Source: Armatimonadota bacterium (GTDB lineage Bacteria > Armatimonadota > SYMT01). Taken from it: a DNA stretch of 64,000 bases. The notes beneath the pieces were generated by a model. The model saw only the letters and a program-made list of their open reading frames with translations. It did no database searches and was not told the origin of the DNA. Made by a program: the position numbers and the translations under genes. Location of the stretch: the NCBI GenBank assembly GCA_041690135.1, contig JAWLHY010000012.1, forward strand, positions 128,001-192,000. The letters are read 5' to 3'. Shown in pieces: positions 1 to 11,100 of this stretch (position 1 is the first letter of the stretch; every line of letters begins with the position of its first letter).

Positions 1-1
1 C

Positions 2-1489
2 GACCACAAGTTCGACCCGATCGCCACGAAGGAGTACTACGCGCTCGCCGGCATCTTCAAGAGCACTACCACCCTGTTCGGGGACCGCGGGAACGTCAAC
101 GTCTCCGGCTGGATGGAGCGCCCCCTCGCGGAGCCGGAGGTCGTCGTCGCGCGGAAGAAGTTCGACGGCGAGGTGAAGAAACTCCAGGACCGGATCAAGA
201 AGTGCAAGGAAGCGGAAGAGAAGCAGCGCCTCGAGAAGGAGCTCGAAGCCCTCGAAGCCCAAGCGCCGCCCGCGCCGCCGATGGCGATGGCGGTCCAGGA
301 CGGAACGGTCGCCGACGTGCCGGTCCACATCCGCGGCAGCCATCTTACCCTGGGTGAGGTTGTGCCGCGGGGCTTCCCGGTGGTCCTGACGGCGGGAAGC
401 CGGGCCGAACTGCCCAAGACCAGCAGCGGCCGCCTGGAACTGGCCGAGTGGATCGCCAGCGAGCGCCACCCGTTGACGGCCCGCGTCCTGGTGAACCGTG
501 TGTGGCAGGGCCACTTCGGCCGGGGCCTCGTCGCCACCCCCAACGACTTCGGCACCCGCGGCGAACGGCCCACGCACCCGGAGCTTTTGGATTACCTGGC
601 AAGCTCCTTCGTCGCAGGGGTCAGGGGCCGGGGGGCAGGGGCCAGGGGTCAGGTTACCATTGCACCTACCGTTTCCCCGGAGCGAAAGGGAGTAGGGGGG
701 AATGGGGGAACGGGAGCCCAGATAGCCGCAGCAGGTTCTGATCTCCGGGGTTCGAGTTACGCATTACGCAATAAGCATTACGCGGGCGGTTCCCCTTACG
801 CATTACGCGATACGCATTACGCAATGGGTTGGTCGATCAAGGCTCTGCACCGGCTGATCCTGACCAGTGCGGCGTACCGGATGAGCAGCGCGCACACGCC
901 GGCTTCTTACCAGGCGGACCCGGAGAACCGGCTGCTGTGGCGGATGAACCGGCGGCGGCTGGAAGCGGAGGCGATCCGGGATGCGATGCTGGCTGCCAGC
1001 GGGGATCTCGACCCCACGCCGGGAGAAGCCGTATTCCAGAAGTATGGGACCGTCTCCAAGTACGATCCGAAGCTGTTCGAGGGCCGCAAGCGGAGCATCT
1101 ACCTGCCGGTGGTGCGCACCGTGGGCTTCGACATGTTCCAGATCTTCGATGCCCCGGACGCGCACGTCACGGCGGGCAAGCGGGACGTGACCACCGTGGC
1201 CCCGCAGGCGCTCTTCATGATGAACAGCCCGCTGGTGCTCCAGCAGGCGCAGAAGCTCGCTGAACGCCTGCTGGCGGAGCCTGCCGCCGGGGAGCGCGAG
1301 CGAGTGGAGCGGGCTTATCTCCTTACCCTGGGCAGGGCGCCGTCGACGAGCGAGGCGGAACGCGTGCTTCAGTATCTGGACAGTCACGACGTCCGAGAGG
1401 GAAAGGCGCCCGAAGCGCTGCGCCGTGAGGCCTGGCAGAGCTTCTGCCAGACGCTCTTCGCGACCGCGGATTTCCGGTATGTCTATTGA
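2..1489 (+). CDS. PSD1/DUF1549-DUF1553 (planctomycete cytochrome-type) protein, 5' truncated by window edge
   Basis: Frame 2 is open from the window start: [19 protein letters not shown], then [66 protein letters not shown] and RSIYLPV. Lies upstream of a DUF1501 gene, as is typical. Confidence 0.9.
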   Translation, partial: DHKFDPIATKEYYALAGIFKSTTTLFGDRGNVNVSGWMERPLAEPEVVVARKKFDGEVKKLQDRIKKCKEAEEKQRLEKELEALEAQAPPAPPMAMAVQDGTVADVPVHIRGSHLTLGEVVPRGFPVVLTAGSRAELPKTSSGRLELAEWIASERHPLTARVLVNRVWQGHFGRGLVATPNDFGTRGERPTHPELLDYLASSFVAGVRGRGAGARGQVTIAPTVSPERKGVGGNGGTGAQIAAAGSDLRGSSYALRNKHYAGGSPYALRDTHYAMGWSIKALHRLILTSAAYRMSSAHTPASYQADPENRLLWRMNRRRLEAEAIRDAMLAASGDLDPTPGEAVFQKYGTVSKYDPKLFEGRKRSIYLPVVRTVGFDMFQIFDAPDAHVTAGKRDVTTVAPQALFMMNSPLVLQQAQKLAERLLAEPAAGERERVERAYLLTLGRAPSTSEAERVLQYLDSHDVREGKAPEALRREAWQSFCQTLFATADFRYVY

Positions 1490-1526
1490 GGGTGGTCCGA
1501 TCCATCTCTTGAAGCAGGAACCGAGT

Positions 1527-3017
1527 ATGAGCCCGAAAGATCCAGTCTCCACCTGCCCGGAGTGTGACACCGTCCCGGCGCCCCACACGCAACGGGCCTA
1601 CACGCGCCGGGACATGCTCCGCCTTTGCTCCGCGGGCTTCGGCTCGCTCGCCTTCAGCGCGCTGCTGGCCCAGGAGGCAAGAGGCGCACAGGGAGAAAGG
1701 GCGCCCGTGTCCGGCGGTCGCAGTCCCCTCTCGGCACGGCAGCCGCACTTCACGCCGCGCGCCAAGCGGGTGATCTTCCTGTTCATGCACGGCGGTCCGT
1801 CGCAGGTCGACACTTTTGATCCCAAGCCCCGGCTCGACCGGGAGAACGGGCAGGTGGCGGACCTGAAGCACCCGGTAGGGATCAGCGATCCCAAGGGCAA
1901 GATCATGAAGTGCCCCTGGGAGTTCCAGCAGTACGGCGAGTCCGGGATCCCGGTGAGCAGCCTGTTCCCGGAAACGGCGAAATGCGTGGACGACCTCTGC
2001 ATCATCCGGAGCATGCACACCGAGGGGCAGTCGCACGGGCAGGCGGTGATGAAACTGCACACCGGCCAGGATGCGCTGGTGCGGCCCAGCATCGGTTCGT
2101 GGGTGCTCTACGGCCTGGGGACGGAGAACGACAACCTCCCCGGCTTCATCACCATTTCTCCCAGCCTGGACCACGGCGGGGTGCAGAACTACGGGGCGGC
2201 ATTCCTGCCGGCGGTCTACCAGGGCACGGCCCTGGGGTACGGCGGACTGCCCACCTCCAAGGCACAGTTCAGTTATGCGAAAAGCCCTCACGCCTCCGCG
2301 GCGGTCCAGCGCCGGCAACTCGACCTGCTGCAGGACCTGAACCGGGAAACGCTGGAGCGCCTGGAAGTGGAGAGCCAGGTGGAGGGGATCATCGAATCCT
2401 ACGAGCTCGCCTTCCGCATGCAGATGCACGCTCCCAAGCTGGTCGACATCAGCAGCGAGTCGAAGGTGACGCTCGATCTGTACGGCATCGGCACCCAACC
2501 GACGGACGATTTCGGCCGCCAGTGCCTCCTGGCACGCCGGTGTGCCGAGGCCGGAGTGCGGTTCATCCAGGTCAGCCACAGCTACAGCCGGGCCGTGTGG
2601 GACCAGCACGGGAACCTGAAGGGCGGCCACGAAAAGAACGCCCGGGAAGTGGACAAGCCGATCGCCGGCCTGCTGAAAGACCTCAAGGCGCGGGGCTTAT
2701 TGGAAGATACCCTGGTGGTGTGGGGTGGAGAGTTTGGTCGCACGCCCAGCGCGCAGGGGAAGGACGGCCGCGACCACAACCCCAAGGGCTTTACCATGTG
2801 GCTGGCCGGCGCGGGCGTGAAGCCGGGCTTCATCTACGGGGCCACGGACGAGTACGGCTACTGGGCGGTCGAGAACAAGGTGCACATGCACGACCTGCAC
2901 GCCACGATCCTGCACCTCCTCGGCCTCGACCACGAGAAGCTGACCTACCGCTACGACGGCCGCGACTTCCGGCTGACGGACGTGTACGGGACGGTGGTCA
3001 ATGAAATCCTCACTTGA
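1527..3017 (+). CDS. DUF1501 domain (sulfatase-like) protein with Tat-like signal
   Basis: TRRDML twin-arginine motif; [53 protein letters not shown]. Confidence 0.92.
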   Translation: MSPKDPVSTCPECDTVPAPHTQRAYTRRDMLRLCSAGFGSLAFSALLAQEARGAQGERAPVSGGRSPLSARQPHFTPRAKRVIFLFMHGGPSQVDTFDPKPRLDRENGQVADLKHPVGISDPKGKIMKCPWEFQQYGESGIPVSSLFPETAKCVDDLCIIRSMHTEGQSHGQAVMKLHTGQDALVRPSIGSWVLYGLGTENDNLPGFITISPSLDHGGVQNYGAAFLPAVYQGTALGYGGLPTSKAQFSYAKSPHASAAVQRRQLDLLQDLNRETLERLEVESQVEGIIESYELAFRMQMHAPKLVDISSESKVTLDLYGIGTQPTDDFGRQCLLARRCAEAGVRFIQVSHSYSRAVWDQHGNLKGGHEKNAREVDKPIAGLLKDLKARGLLEDTLVVWGGEFGRTPSAQGKDGRDHNPKGFTMWLAGAGVKPGFIYGATDEYGYWAVENKVHMHDLHATILHLLGLDHEKLTYRYDGRDFRLTDVYGTVVNEILT

Positions 3018-3271
3018 TGGATAAGGATGAGGATAAGGATTAGGATAAAGAGTCTGGACCCAAGGCGGGTGCCCTGACCAGGGGGATGGGGTGGATTAGG
3101 TCCAGGAAAAGGATAAAGAGTCCCGGGTAACGACAGGTGCCCTGACCAGGGGGATGGCCACGTCGCTTACGGGTGCTTGATCAGGAACCCAGTTGCTTCG
3201 GCGGGAAGCTCATCCGATTCGGGGAAGTTGCTTCTGGTCTCTCGCTCCTCGCCATGACGGTCGTGTTCATT

Positions 3272-3348
3272 GCCTGAAAGCCCGAAGGCCTGAAAGCCCG
3301 AAGGCCTGAAAGCCTGAAAGCCCGAAGGCCTGAAAGCCCGAAGGCCTG
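3272..3348. repeat. Octamer tandem repeat (GCCTGAAA/GCCCGAAG variants)
   Basis: Read directly in the intergenic sequence. Confidence 0.85.
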
Positions 3349-3365
3349 GCCAGCGGTTTGCCTCC

Positions 3366-4073
3366 TCAGTTGGTTCCGGCGAGGATGGCGAGGTTGGTGA
3401 CTACGGCCAGGGGTTCGGAGCGGATGGCTTTCATCCGGGCGGTATCGCTGTCGGCGGTGGAGTAGGCCTGAGTTGCCCTGGTGAGGAACTGGGTCTGGGT
3501 CGCTTCGGGAAGGGCGGCGAGCGACTCCATGGCGGTTTTGAGGCGGTCACGGTCGGTCGTGGAAAGCTCGGGGTACTGTTCCAGTGCCGCCAGGTAGCCG
3601 AGTTGGGCCCCGTTGGGCAGCTTTTCCACGAGGGGGAGCACCTGACGATCCAGGCGCTGGAGTTCGCCCGGGAGCGTGTTGGCGAGGCCCCGGTGGCGCT
3701 CTTTCAGGGAGCGGACCTCCACGCCAGCGTTGATCGGCGTCTTCCCTCCGCCCGGCTGGTTCTTCAGCACACCGGCGGCGCCCTGCGGCAGAAAGCCGTT
3801 CGTCCTGCCGGCGGCTTTCCCCCGTCCCATCCCCCGGTTCCGGCGGGCCGTATTGCGGTTGAATCCCTGTCGGTTTCTCCCGCCGTTGAAGCGCCCGGCA
3901 CGCAGCCCATTGTTGGCGCGGAATGGAGTCGCCGGCATCCGGCGAATCACTGGGTTCGTGCGTCGACCTCGTAGCGGTGCCGCGTCCGCCCTATCGGCTG
4001 GAGCAAGGACGCCGAAGGCCAGGGTGAAGGAAGCCAGCAGCTTCTGCAGGTCTCGACCCGGCTTGTTGTCCAT
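3366..4073 (-). CDS. Hypothetical secreted protein (signal peptide, Arg/Gly/Asn-rich N-region, helical C-terminus)
   Basis: ORF from MDNKPGRD with hydrophobic LLASFTLAFGVLAPA..ADA signal-like segment. Confidence 0.6.
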   Translation of the reverse strand: MDNKPGRDLQKLLASFTLAFGVLAPADRADAAPLRGRRTNPVIRRMPATPFRANNGLRAGRFNGGRNRQGFNRNTARRNRGMGRGKAAGRTNGFLPQGAAGVLKNQPGGGKTPINAGVEVRSLKERHRGLANTLPGELQRLDRQVLPLVEKLPNGAQLGYLAALEQYPELSTTDRDRLKTAMESLAALPEATQTQFLTRATQAYSTADSDTARMKAIRSEPLAVVTNLAILAGTN

Positions 4074-4526
4074 CGAATTCTCTCCCGTTTTTACCTTGCG
4101 ACCGGAGTTTCCCATAACCCAGAACACTCACCTATGGCGGACGGAAATGCAAGAGGGTGGGATCCGGCGTCCGGCACCGTAAACCTCTGCTGGTAGACTC
4201 CACGAGCGTCCCCCGAGTGGCCCAACGAGATCAACCCCATGAGCTTCGGAACGGAGCGGCCCTAGCTTCGCCGGGTGTACGTCACGTTCCCTACGGTACC
4301 TTACTTCCTGACCCCTCCAATGCACCGAGGGTACCTTACGAGTTACCGATCTTCCCGGCAGGCCCCCTGGTCCACTGACGTGATCGGAGCCCCGACGGTT
4401 CATGGGAGTTCCAGCGTCGAGCGAGATGCTTTCCGGGTGGGTCAGGTTCGTCTTCCCCTGGGTATACGGAACGGGAAAGCCGGTGTCGTGGAGGCCCGAA
4501 GGCGAGGGTTAGGGGGAAGGGGAGCG

Positions 4527-5537
4527 ATGCAGATCGCATTTGTGGGAGACATCATGCTGGGCCGGCTGGTCGGCCAGGAGATCGAGAAGCCGGACCGAAC
4601 CCCCGAAAGCTTCTGGGGCGACGCACTACCGGTGCTCCGGACGGCTGACCTGGTGATCGGCGGGCTCGAATGTGCGGTGACTACGCATCCCCATCCGTGG
4701 AACCGCTACCCCAAGATGTTCCACTTCAAGGCGCCGCCGCGGGCCGCGGAGGTCTTGAAAGCTGGGAATATCGGTCTCGTCGCACTGGCGAATAACCACG
4801 TGCTCGACTTCGAGGAACAGGGCCTGCTCGACACCCTGGAGCATCTCGATGACGCGGGGATCGCGCATGCCGGAGCGGGACGGAACCGGGAAGAGGCCCG
4901 CCGCCCGGTGGTGGTGGACGTGCGAGGGTTCAAGGTTGGCATGCTCTCCCTCACCGACAATGAGCCGGCCTGGGAGGCGGGTATCCAGCGACCCGGAACG
5001 CACTACCTGGATATCGAGCCCACTCCACCCGCCTTCCGGCGGGTAGCGGAAGGCGTGGAGCAGGCCCGCTCCATGGGTGCGCAGTTCGTCGTCCTCTCCG
5101 TCCACTGGGGGCCCAACATGCGGCTGCGCCCGCCCACTCCCTTCCGCGAGTTCGCGCGGGGTTGCCTGGCGCGCGGCGTCGACCTGATCCACGGGCACTC
5201 GGCGCACATCTTCCAGGGGGTGGAGGTCCACCAGGGCAAGCCGATCCTCTACGATACGGGAGATTTCCTGGACGACTATGCCGTCGACCCGGTCCTCCGG
5301 AACGATCAGTCCCTCATCTTCCTGGCGGACGTGGGACCGGAGGGAGTAGAAAGGCTGCGACTGCTGCCCGTAAGGCTCCACCTGGGCCGGGTAGACCTGG
5401 CGACCGGCCCGGACCTGGAGGAGATCTCCACGCGGATGCAGGCCCTCTCCTCCGAACTGGATACGGTGGTGCAGCGGCGGGGCCGGTGGTTGGAAGTCCG
5501 GCTGGAGAGGCAGAAGCAATTGGCCCGCGCCGCCTGA
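4527..5537 (+). CDS. CapA family (PGA_cap) metallophosphoesterase-like protein
   Basis: AFVGDIMLGR, LANNHVLDF, SVHWG, GHSAHIFQGVE, YDTGDFLDDY. Confidence 0.9.
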   Translation: MQIAFVGDIMLGRLVGQEIEKPDRTPESFWGDALPVLRTADLVIGGLECAVTTHPHPWNRYPKMFHFKAPPRAAEVLKAGNIGLVALANNHVLDFEEQGLLDTLEHLDDAGIAHAGAGRNREEARRPVVVDVRGFKVGMLSLTDNEPAWEAGIQRPGTHYLDIEPTPPAFRRVAEGVEQARSMGAQFVVLSVHWGPNMRLRPPTPFREFARGCLARGVDLIHGHSAHIFQGVEVHQGKPILYDTGDFLDDYAVDPVLRNDQSLIFLADVGPEGVERLRLLPVRLHLGRVDLATGPDLEEISTRMQALSSELDTVVQRRGRWLEVRLERQKQLARAA

Positions 5538-5543
5538 GCGGGG

Positions 5544-6332
5544 TCAGGTTGGGAGCTCGACGCCGGGGAATTGTTCCGCGAGTTGTTGCCAGGTGGTGAA
5601 GCCGAGGAAGTGGCTCCAGAGGTCCGCGGCGCCGGCTTCATCGAGATGCGGCCAGGAACTGCGGGCGAACTGGAAATCGCGGGAGATAGCGCGGGCCTCG
5701 TCGTAGATCGGGGTTCCCTCTTCCACAATCGCCAGAAGTCCGTACCGCTCGGCGCGGTTGGGCAGCACCCGCAGGCAGTCCAGGTTGCGGTAGAGCTGGA
5801 TACGCCGCTCGTACCAGTTGGTGTGCACCTTCAGCGTCTTCTCGTGGCGCTTCCCCTCGACGAAGAGGGTGAAGCCCTCGGCAAAGAGCGCGCAGTCGAT
5901 GGTTGAGCCGCCTTCCAGCACCCACCAACCCTTTAGTTTCGGATCGGGCTCCTTCTGCTGTTCCTGCCGGATCTCGCGGATTGCCTCCTGCTCGGCGGAA
6001 ACACTGCCGGCGAGGAGCGCCTTACGCTTCTGGTGGACGGAGGGGCGGTACTGCCGCAGCTCACCGTCGGCGTCTTTGGGCCACTTCAGGCGTCGCGGGT
6101 TGCGGACCAGGTACTCCAGGAAGTCCAGGGGCGGGGCCACCTCGTACTCGAACTGGGGCGGCTGGACCAGCGCACCTAGAGCATCCGGCTCGAGGGAAGG
6201 CTGGATTTCCTCCGCCCGGCTTCCCAGGTTCACGAGGGGTCCCAGCCAGGACCGGCCGGAGGAGTCCTGCTGGTAGAGGGATTCGAAGACCGGGCGGACC
6301 CGCGTGTCAAGCGTATTCGGAACTCGGGACAT
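5544..6332 (-). CDS. Hypothetical protein, possible PD-(D/E)xK nuclease fold
   Basis: EGGSTIDCAL...FVEGKR...QLYRNLD pattern (D...ExK plus QxxRN helix). Confidence 0.5.
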   Translation of the reverse strand: MSRVPNTLDTRVRPVFESLYQQDSSGRSWLGPLVNLGSRAEEIQPSLEPDALGALVQPPQFEYEVAPPLDFLEYLVRNPRRLKWPKDADGELRQYRPSVHQKRKALLAGSVSAEQEAIREIRQEQQKEPDPKLKGWWVLEGGSTIDCALFAEGFTLFVEGKRHEKTLKVHTNWYERRIQLYRNLDCLRVLPNRAERYGLLAIVEEGTPIYDEARAISRDFQFARSSWPHLDEAGAADLWSHFLGFTTWQQLAEQFPGVELPT

Positions 6333-6500
6333 GAATGTTCTCGCAGTCGAGGCGGCGGCTGGACTGAGTGGAACTGTATCACGGTTGCCGGACCGTGCGG
6401 CGCTCCACCACCCGAAAGCTTCCCCCGACAAGCCCGGATCTAACGCAAGACCGGCTGCGAGGGGATTTATTCCGCGGACCTGCTGCGAGGCAGATGGCGA

Positions 6501-7223
6501 TCAGGCGGGATCGTCGCTGGTGTCCGGGTTGGCCTGAGCGGCGAGTTGTGCGGTCAGTTCGGCCAGTCGTCGTTCAAGCTCGGCACGCTTTTGCGCTTCT
6601 TCGTCAGCTCGGGCTTCGGCTTCTTGCCGCTGGCGCTCGGCTTCTTGCCACTGCGCCACCGCTTCCTCATGCCCGGGGATTCGCTGTCCGTCCCGGTTGT
6701 AAATGCTGACGAAGCCTTCCTCATCCCAGCCGAACCAGCGCTGGAGCTGCGCGCTCCAGAGCCGACCGTTCTCATCCGGAACGACGTCCACATAGCGCCC
6801 GTCGATCAAGCGATGGAGGCGCAGTATGCGCCGCTCGAGGTCGATGTACAGGTACTCGGGAACACAGAGGACCGACTCGTACGTCTGGAACTTGCTGCCG
6901 ATATCGCTCCGACGGGTGCGCCGGGAAGCAATTTCTCCCACCAGGAGAGGGGCCGGATCTTCCCAGGCGAGCCAGACCCGAGAAGCGCTCCAGTCCTCCA
7001 TCGGGCCGGCCAGGACTACCAGGTCCGGGCCCACATGCTGGTTGAACTCGCGCGGCTTCCAGTACATGGCGAAGTTTCCGTGGACCGCAAGGGCCGGACG
7101 GAAACTGCGCACCGCCCCCATCAAGTAATTCATCTCACGCTCATGCGCGGGAGGCTCCGGTAAGTTGTCCTCCTCGTGCAGGGGATAGAGCTCGCGCTCG
7201 TTTGTGGTGGCGGGCGCTTCCAT
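6501..7223 (-). CDS. Uma2 (DUF820) family restriction-endonuclease-like protein with C-terminal coiled coil
   Basis: H...GPDLVV...PLLVGEIASRRTRRSDIGSKFQTYE...VPEYLYID; EAERQRQEAEARA tail. Confidence 0.88.
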   Translation of the reverse strand: MEAPATTNERELYPLHEEDNLPEPPAHEREMNYLMGAVRSFRPALAVHGNFAMYWKPREFNQHVGPDLVVLAGPMEDWSASRVWLAWEDPAPLLVGEIASRRTRRSDIGSKFQTYESVLCVPEYLYIDLERRILRLHRLIDGRYVDVVPDENGRLWSAQLQRWFGWDEEGFVSIYNRDGQRIPGHEEAVAQWQEAERQRQEAEARADEEAQKRAELERRLAELTAQLAAQANPDTSDDPA

Positions 7224-7477
7224 GGGTGCGGTTCCGGTCCCTCTAGTTCTAGCCTGTTACACAGATCGAGAGAGTGGCGTTCTGCAAAGGGGTGGGTGCA
7301 AGTACATGAGCATTTACGGTATCCCATAGGGAGGCCGCGCAAGCGCCGTCACTCCGGCAAGTCTCGCTGACCTGCATTGAGAAACAGCCTCATAGCGAGT
7401 GGTCAAGAACTGTTAAGTTATTTCTCTAGCATTCTAAAATCTGTGGGATTAGCAATTTTTGAACTCGCCCCGCGTGC

Positions 7478-8473
7478 TTATAGCTCCTCCAGATTCAGGC
7501 GGTGCTCGCGGAGGAACTCGGCGGCCTGGGGGGCGGTGAAGACACCGTCGTAGCAACCGATGGAGCGGACGCACGAGGCCCCGAGGGCGCTGCCGTAGTG
7601 GACGCACCCTTCCAGATCGAGACCACGGACCATGCCGGTGATAAAGCCGGCGCAGAAGGCATCCCCGGCGCCGGTCTGGTCCACTACCTCGCTGGGGAAG
7701 TGGGTGGCGCGCCAGGCACGGTCCCCCTGCGCGAAGAGGAGGCCCGCGCCGCCGAGGGTGATCACCACCGTCTCGACACCCTTGGCCTGGAGGGCCCTGG
7801 CCTGGAGACGGGGATCGACTTCACCGGTGAGCATTTCGGCTTCATCGTTGTTCGGCAGGAAGACGTCGGCGTATGGCAGAACCGCGTCCAGCTCCCCCCC
7901 GTACTCGAACCCGGTGGGAATGACGACGTCCAGGACCGTACGGATGCCCCGCTCCCGGCAGGCGCGGAAGAGGTTCGCTACCTCCTCGGCGCCCAACCCC
8001 GGCATGGCGAGGTAGCCACCCAGGTAGAAGACCTTCGCGCCTTCCAGGAGGTTCGGAGAGACGTCCGTGCCGCGGAAGTCGCCGTTGGCTCCGAAGGTGT
8101 GGACGAAGCGGCGGTCCTGCCCCTTGCACAGGAGGATCATGGTCTGGGAAGTCTGCGCGTGGGCGGAAACGGCGACGTGGTGGGTATCCACGCCCCGGCT
8201 GGAAAGGTCCTCCCGGACGAACCGACCCCAATAGTCGTCGCCGACCTTGCCGACGACGCTCACGCCGATCTCCTGCTTGGCTACGTTCACGGCGACATTG
8301 GCCGCACACCCTCCGGTGAGGAGGTACATGGCTTCGACCGCGACCAGGTGCCCCTCGCCGGGGAGCCGGTCCATGGGAGTGCACACGTGGTCGGCGACCA
8401 GGATACCCGCACAAACAACGTCGTTTGCCTGCTGCATACGGCCCTTACTCTTGTCTTCCTCTGCTTCGGTCAT
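7478..8473 (-). CDS. PfkB-family carbohydrate kinase (start codon uncertain)
   Basis: GGCAANVA, PNNDEA, VITLGGAG, DQTGAGDAFCAGF. Confidence 0.92.
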   Translation of the reverse strand: MTEAEEDKSKGRMQQANDVVCAGILVADHVCTPMDRLPGEGHLVAVEAMYLLTGGCAANVAVNVAKQEIGVSVVGKVGDDYWGRFVREDLSSRGVDTHHVAVSAHAQTSQTMILLCKGQDRRFVHTFGANGDFRGTDVSPNLLEGAKVFYLGGYLAMPGLGAEEVANLFRACRERGIRTVLDVVIPTGFEYGGELDAVLPYADVFLPNNDEAEMLTGEVDPRLQARALQAKGVETVVITLGGAGLLFAQGDRAWRATHFPSEVVDQTGAGDAFCAGFITGMVRGLDLEGCVHYGSALGASCVRSIGCYDGVFTAPQAAEFLREHRLNLEEL

Positions 8474-8678
8474 GCCCGGGAGCACGCATGCTCTGTTGGG
8501 CGCGCCGTGCCTGAATCCCTGCGCCTGGGGTTGTGGTTGAAATACGATGAATGCTACGCCTTAAGGGTCCGTTAAACTAGAGATGATACCGTGCCGTGAA
8601 AGTGAGGGCGCTACCCACGCAGTAGGGTCGGCGCCGAAAGTAACGCCGCGCACGGGAGATGGAATGGAAGCAGTAGCC

Positions 8679-9389
8679 ATGCGAGAAGAGCCCAGGGTGC
8701 TCGTGATCGAGGACGAGCGCGCGATTGCGGATGCCGTCGCGCTCAACCTCCGCGAGGAGGGTTACCGGGTTACGACCGTGATGCGGGGGGACGAGGGCCT
8801 GCGCGCGGCGACGGGCGAGCCGTACGACCTGATCATCCTGGACCTGATGCTTCCGGGCGTGGATGGCCGGGACATCTGCCGTGCCGTGCGCCGGCGCTCG
8901 CAGACACCCATCCTGATGCTGACCGCCCGGGCCCGGGAGCTGGACAAGGTTCTCGGCCTGGAGATCGGCGCCGACGATTACATCACCAAGCCGTTCGGAA
9001 TGCTCGAACTGATCGCCCGGGTGAAGGCGCTCCTCCGCCGCAGCCGCGTGCAGACGGCGAACGAGGCTCCCGAGGTCGAAGAGGAGTACACGGCCGGCGG
9101 CGTGACGGTAAACGTGGCACGCCGGAAGGTGGTGGTAGACGGCAACCCCGCGGAGCTCCGTCCCAAGGAATTCGAGCTGCTGCGAGCGCTCATCAGCAAC
9201 CGGGGCCGGGTGCTCGAGCGCGACCGCCTGCTGGAGTTGGTCTGGGGCGAGGATGAGTTCCTCGACCGCGGCACGCTCGACGTGCATATCCGGTGGCTGC
9301 GCCAGAAGGTGGAGCGGGACGCGAGCAAGCCGGAGCGGATCCTCACCGTGCGGGGGGTGGGCTACCGCTTCTCCGACGAAGCCGAATAG
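8679..9389 (+). CDS. OmpR/PhoB-family DNA-binding response regulator (no adjacent kinase)
   Basis: VLVIEDE, LDLMLPGVDG, GADDYITKPF, TLDVHIRWLRQK, TVRGVGYR. Confidence 0.95.
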   Translation: MREEPRVLVIEDERAIADAVALNLREEGYRVTTVMRGDEGLRAATGEPYDLIILDLMLPGVDGRDICRAVRRRSQTPILMLTARARELDKVLGLEIGADDYITKPFGMLELIARVKALLRRSRVQTANEAPEVEEEYTAGGVTVNVARRKVVVDGNPAELRPKEFELLRALISNRGRVLERDRLLELVWGEDEFLDRGTLDVHIRWLRQKVERDASKPERILTVRGVGYRFSDEAE

Positions 9390-10765
9390 AGCACCAGGCG
9401 TTCGACCGTTCTTCCGATCCGCATCACGAGCCCTTCCTCCCATGGGCGACCGGCGATCTGTAATCCGACGGGGAGGCCTTCGGCGCGACCGCAGGGGACA
9501 CTCAGGGCGGGCAGGCCGGTGAGGTTAAACAGGTAGGTGTTGCGGACCATGTAGTACTGGGGCGGAGCGACGACCCCGCCCGCCTCCACGGCGGTGGCGC
9601 CGATCCGGGGCGCGGGGACGGACACCGTGGGGGTGAGCAGCACGTCCACACCCGCGAACACCTCCAACAGCTCCCGGCGGACCCCACGGCGGACCCGCTG
9701 GGCGTCCAGGTAATCCGCGGCACTGAGAAAGAGGCCCTCGACCAGTCGCGAGCGGACCCGGGGATCGTAGTCCGCCGAGCGGGTGCGCAGCCATTCCCGA
9801 TGGTAGGCGGTGGCTTCCGCCCGGATGATGACAGCCTGCGCCGCCTGCGCGTGGTCGAGGAAGGGCAGGCGAATTTCCCGGATCTCCGCGCCCTCCCCTT
9901 CCAGAGCAGCGATCGTGCCGCGGACCGCCGCCTCTACCTCCGGATGGAGCGCTTCCCAGAAGAACTCGCGGGGCACCCCGAGGCGGAGGCCCCGCACTCC
10001 GCCCTCGATCTCCTGTGAGTAGGGGGGCACCGGCACCTGGGCCGTGGTCGAGTCGGCCGGGTCATGGCCGGCGATCGCCTCTAACATCAGTGCGGCATCC
10101 GTGACGGTGCGGGTCATCGGTCCGACGTGGTCGAGGGACCAGGCCAGGGGAAGAACGCCCCGGCGAGAGACGCGCCCGTAGGTGGGTTTCAGGCCGACGA
10201 TGCCGCAGAGGGCCGCCGGGCACCGGATGGAGCCGCCCGTATCGGAGCCCAGGGAGCCGTAGCAAAGGCCTGCCGCCACCGCCGCGCCGGAGCCCCCGCT
10301 GGAGCCGCCGGTGAGCCGGTCCGGGTCGTGCGGGTTCCGGCTGGCGCCATAGTGTTCGTTCTCGCCGGTGGCCCCAAAAGCGAACTCGTGCATGTTCAGC
10401 TTGCCGAGCAGCACCATCCCGGCCTGTCGCAAACTGCGGACCACCGTCGCATCGCGCTCGGGGATGCGGTCCTTCAGGATCAGGGAGCCGCCCGTGGTGC
10501 GCACATCGGCCGTGTCGTAGAGGTCCTTCAGCGCCAGCGGCACCCCGTGGAGCGTCCCGCGCCAGTCACCTTTTGCCAGCTCCTCCGCCAGCAGCCGTGC
10601 CTCGTCCCGGGCCGCGTCCGCGCAGAGGGTGAGAAAGCTGTTGAGGACCCCGTCCCGCGCGTCGATCCGGGCCAGGCACGCTTCCGTCGCCTCGACTGGC
10701 GACACGCGTCCGGCGCGGATCTCCGTGGAGAGTTCCGCCAGGGAGAGATCGGCCAGGTTGCTCAT
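9362..10765 (-). CDS. Amidase signature family (GatA/AtzE-like) amidase
   Basis: GVPLALKD, GGSSGGSGAAVAAG, GSDTGGSIRCPAALCG. Confidence 0.93.
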   Translation of the reverse strand: MSNLADLSLAELSTEIRAGRVSPVEATEACLARIDARDGVLNSFLTLCADAARDEARLLAEELAKGDWRGTLHGVPLALKDLYDTADVRTTGGSLILKDRIPERDATVVRSLRQAGMVLLGKLNMHEFAFGATGENEHYGASRNPHDPDRLTGGSSGGSGAAVAAGLCYGSLGSDTGGSIRCPAALCGIVGLKPTYGRVSRRGVLPLAWSLDHVGPMTRTVTDAALMLEAIAGHDPADSTTAQVPVPPYSQEIEGGVRGLRLGVPREFFWEALHPEVEAAVRGTIAALEGEGAEIREIRLPFLDHAQAAQAVIIRAEATAYHREWLRTRSADYDPRVRSRLVEGLFLSAADYLDAQRVRRGVRRELLEVFAGVDVLLTPTVSVPAPRIGATAVEAGGVVAPPQYYMVRNTYLFNLTGLPALSVPCGRAEGLPVGLQIAGRPWEEGLVMRIGRTVERLVLYSASSEKR

Positions 10766-10947
10766 GGGTTTTCCTCCAGGGAAGGCGGGAGGGAGGGCTC
10801 CTCCTCTTCCAGGTGGGGGTAGGAGCGGAGGAGGGCGAGCTGGAGGTGGAGGGATGAGAGGCGGGAGGGAAGGTCGGCCAGCTCTGGCTCGGGTAGAGGC
10901 TGGGAGAGGTTCTCTGCCAGGATTTGGGAGATGCGCTCTGGGGACAT
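10762..10947 (-). CDS. Small GatC/AtzG-like partner of the amidase
   Basis: 61-aa ORF whose stop overlaps the amidase start; helical body plus EP-containing tail as in small amidase subunits. Confidence 0.5.
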   Translation of the reverse strand: MSPERISQILAENLSQPLPEPELADLPSRLSSLHLQLALLRSYPHLEEEEPSLPPSLEENP

Positions 10948-10959
10948 TGTGGATGACCG

Positions 10960-11013
10960 GAGTAAGAGTAAGAGTAAGAGTAAGAGTAAGAGTAAGAGTA
11001 AGAGTAAGAGTAA
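10960..11013. repeat. (GAGTAA)9 microsatellite
   Basis: Read directly. Confidence 0.95.
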
Positions 11014-11100
11014 GAATTGAGTTCGACAGTGCTGTGATGAATGCGAAGACCTTAGGAGTGTGCGTAGGAGTTGGAGCAGTATCGGTAGGAGTGGGTACGG

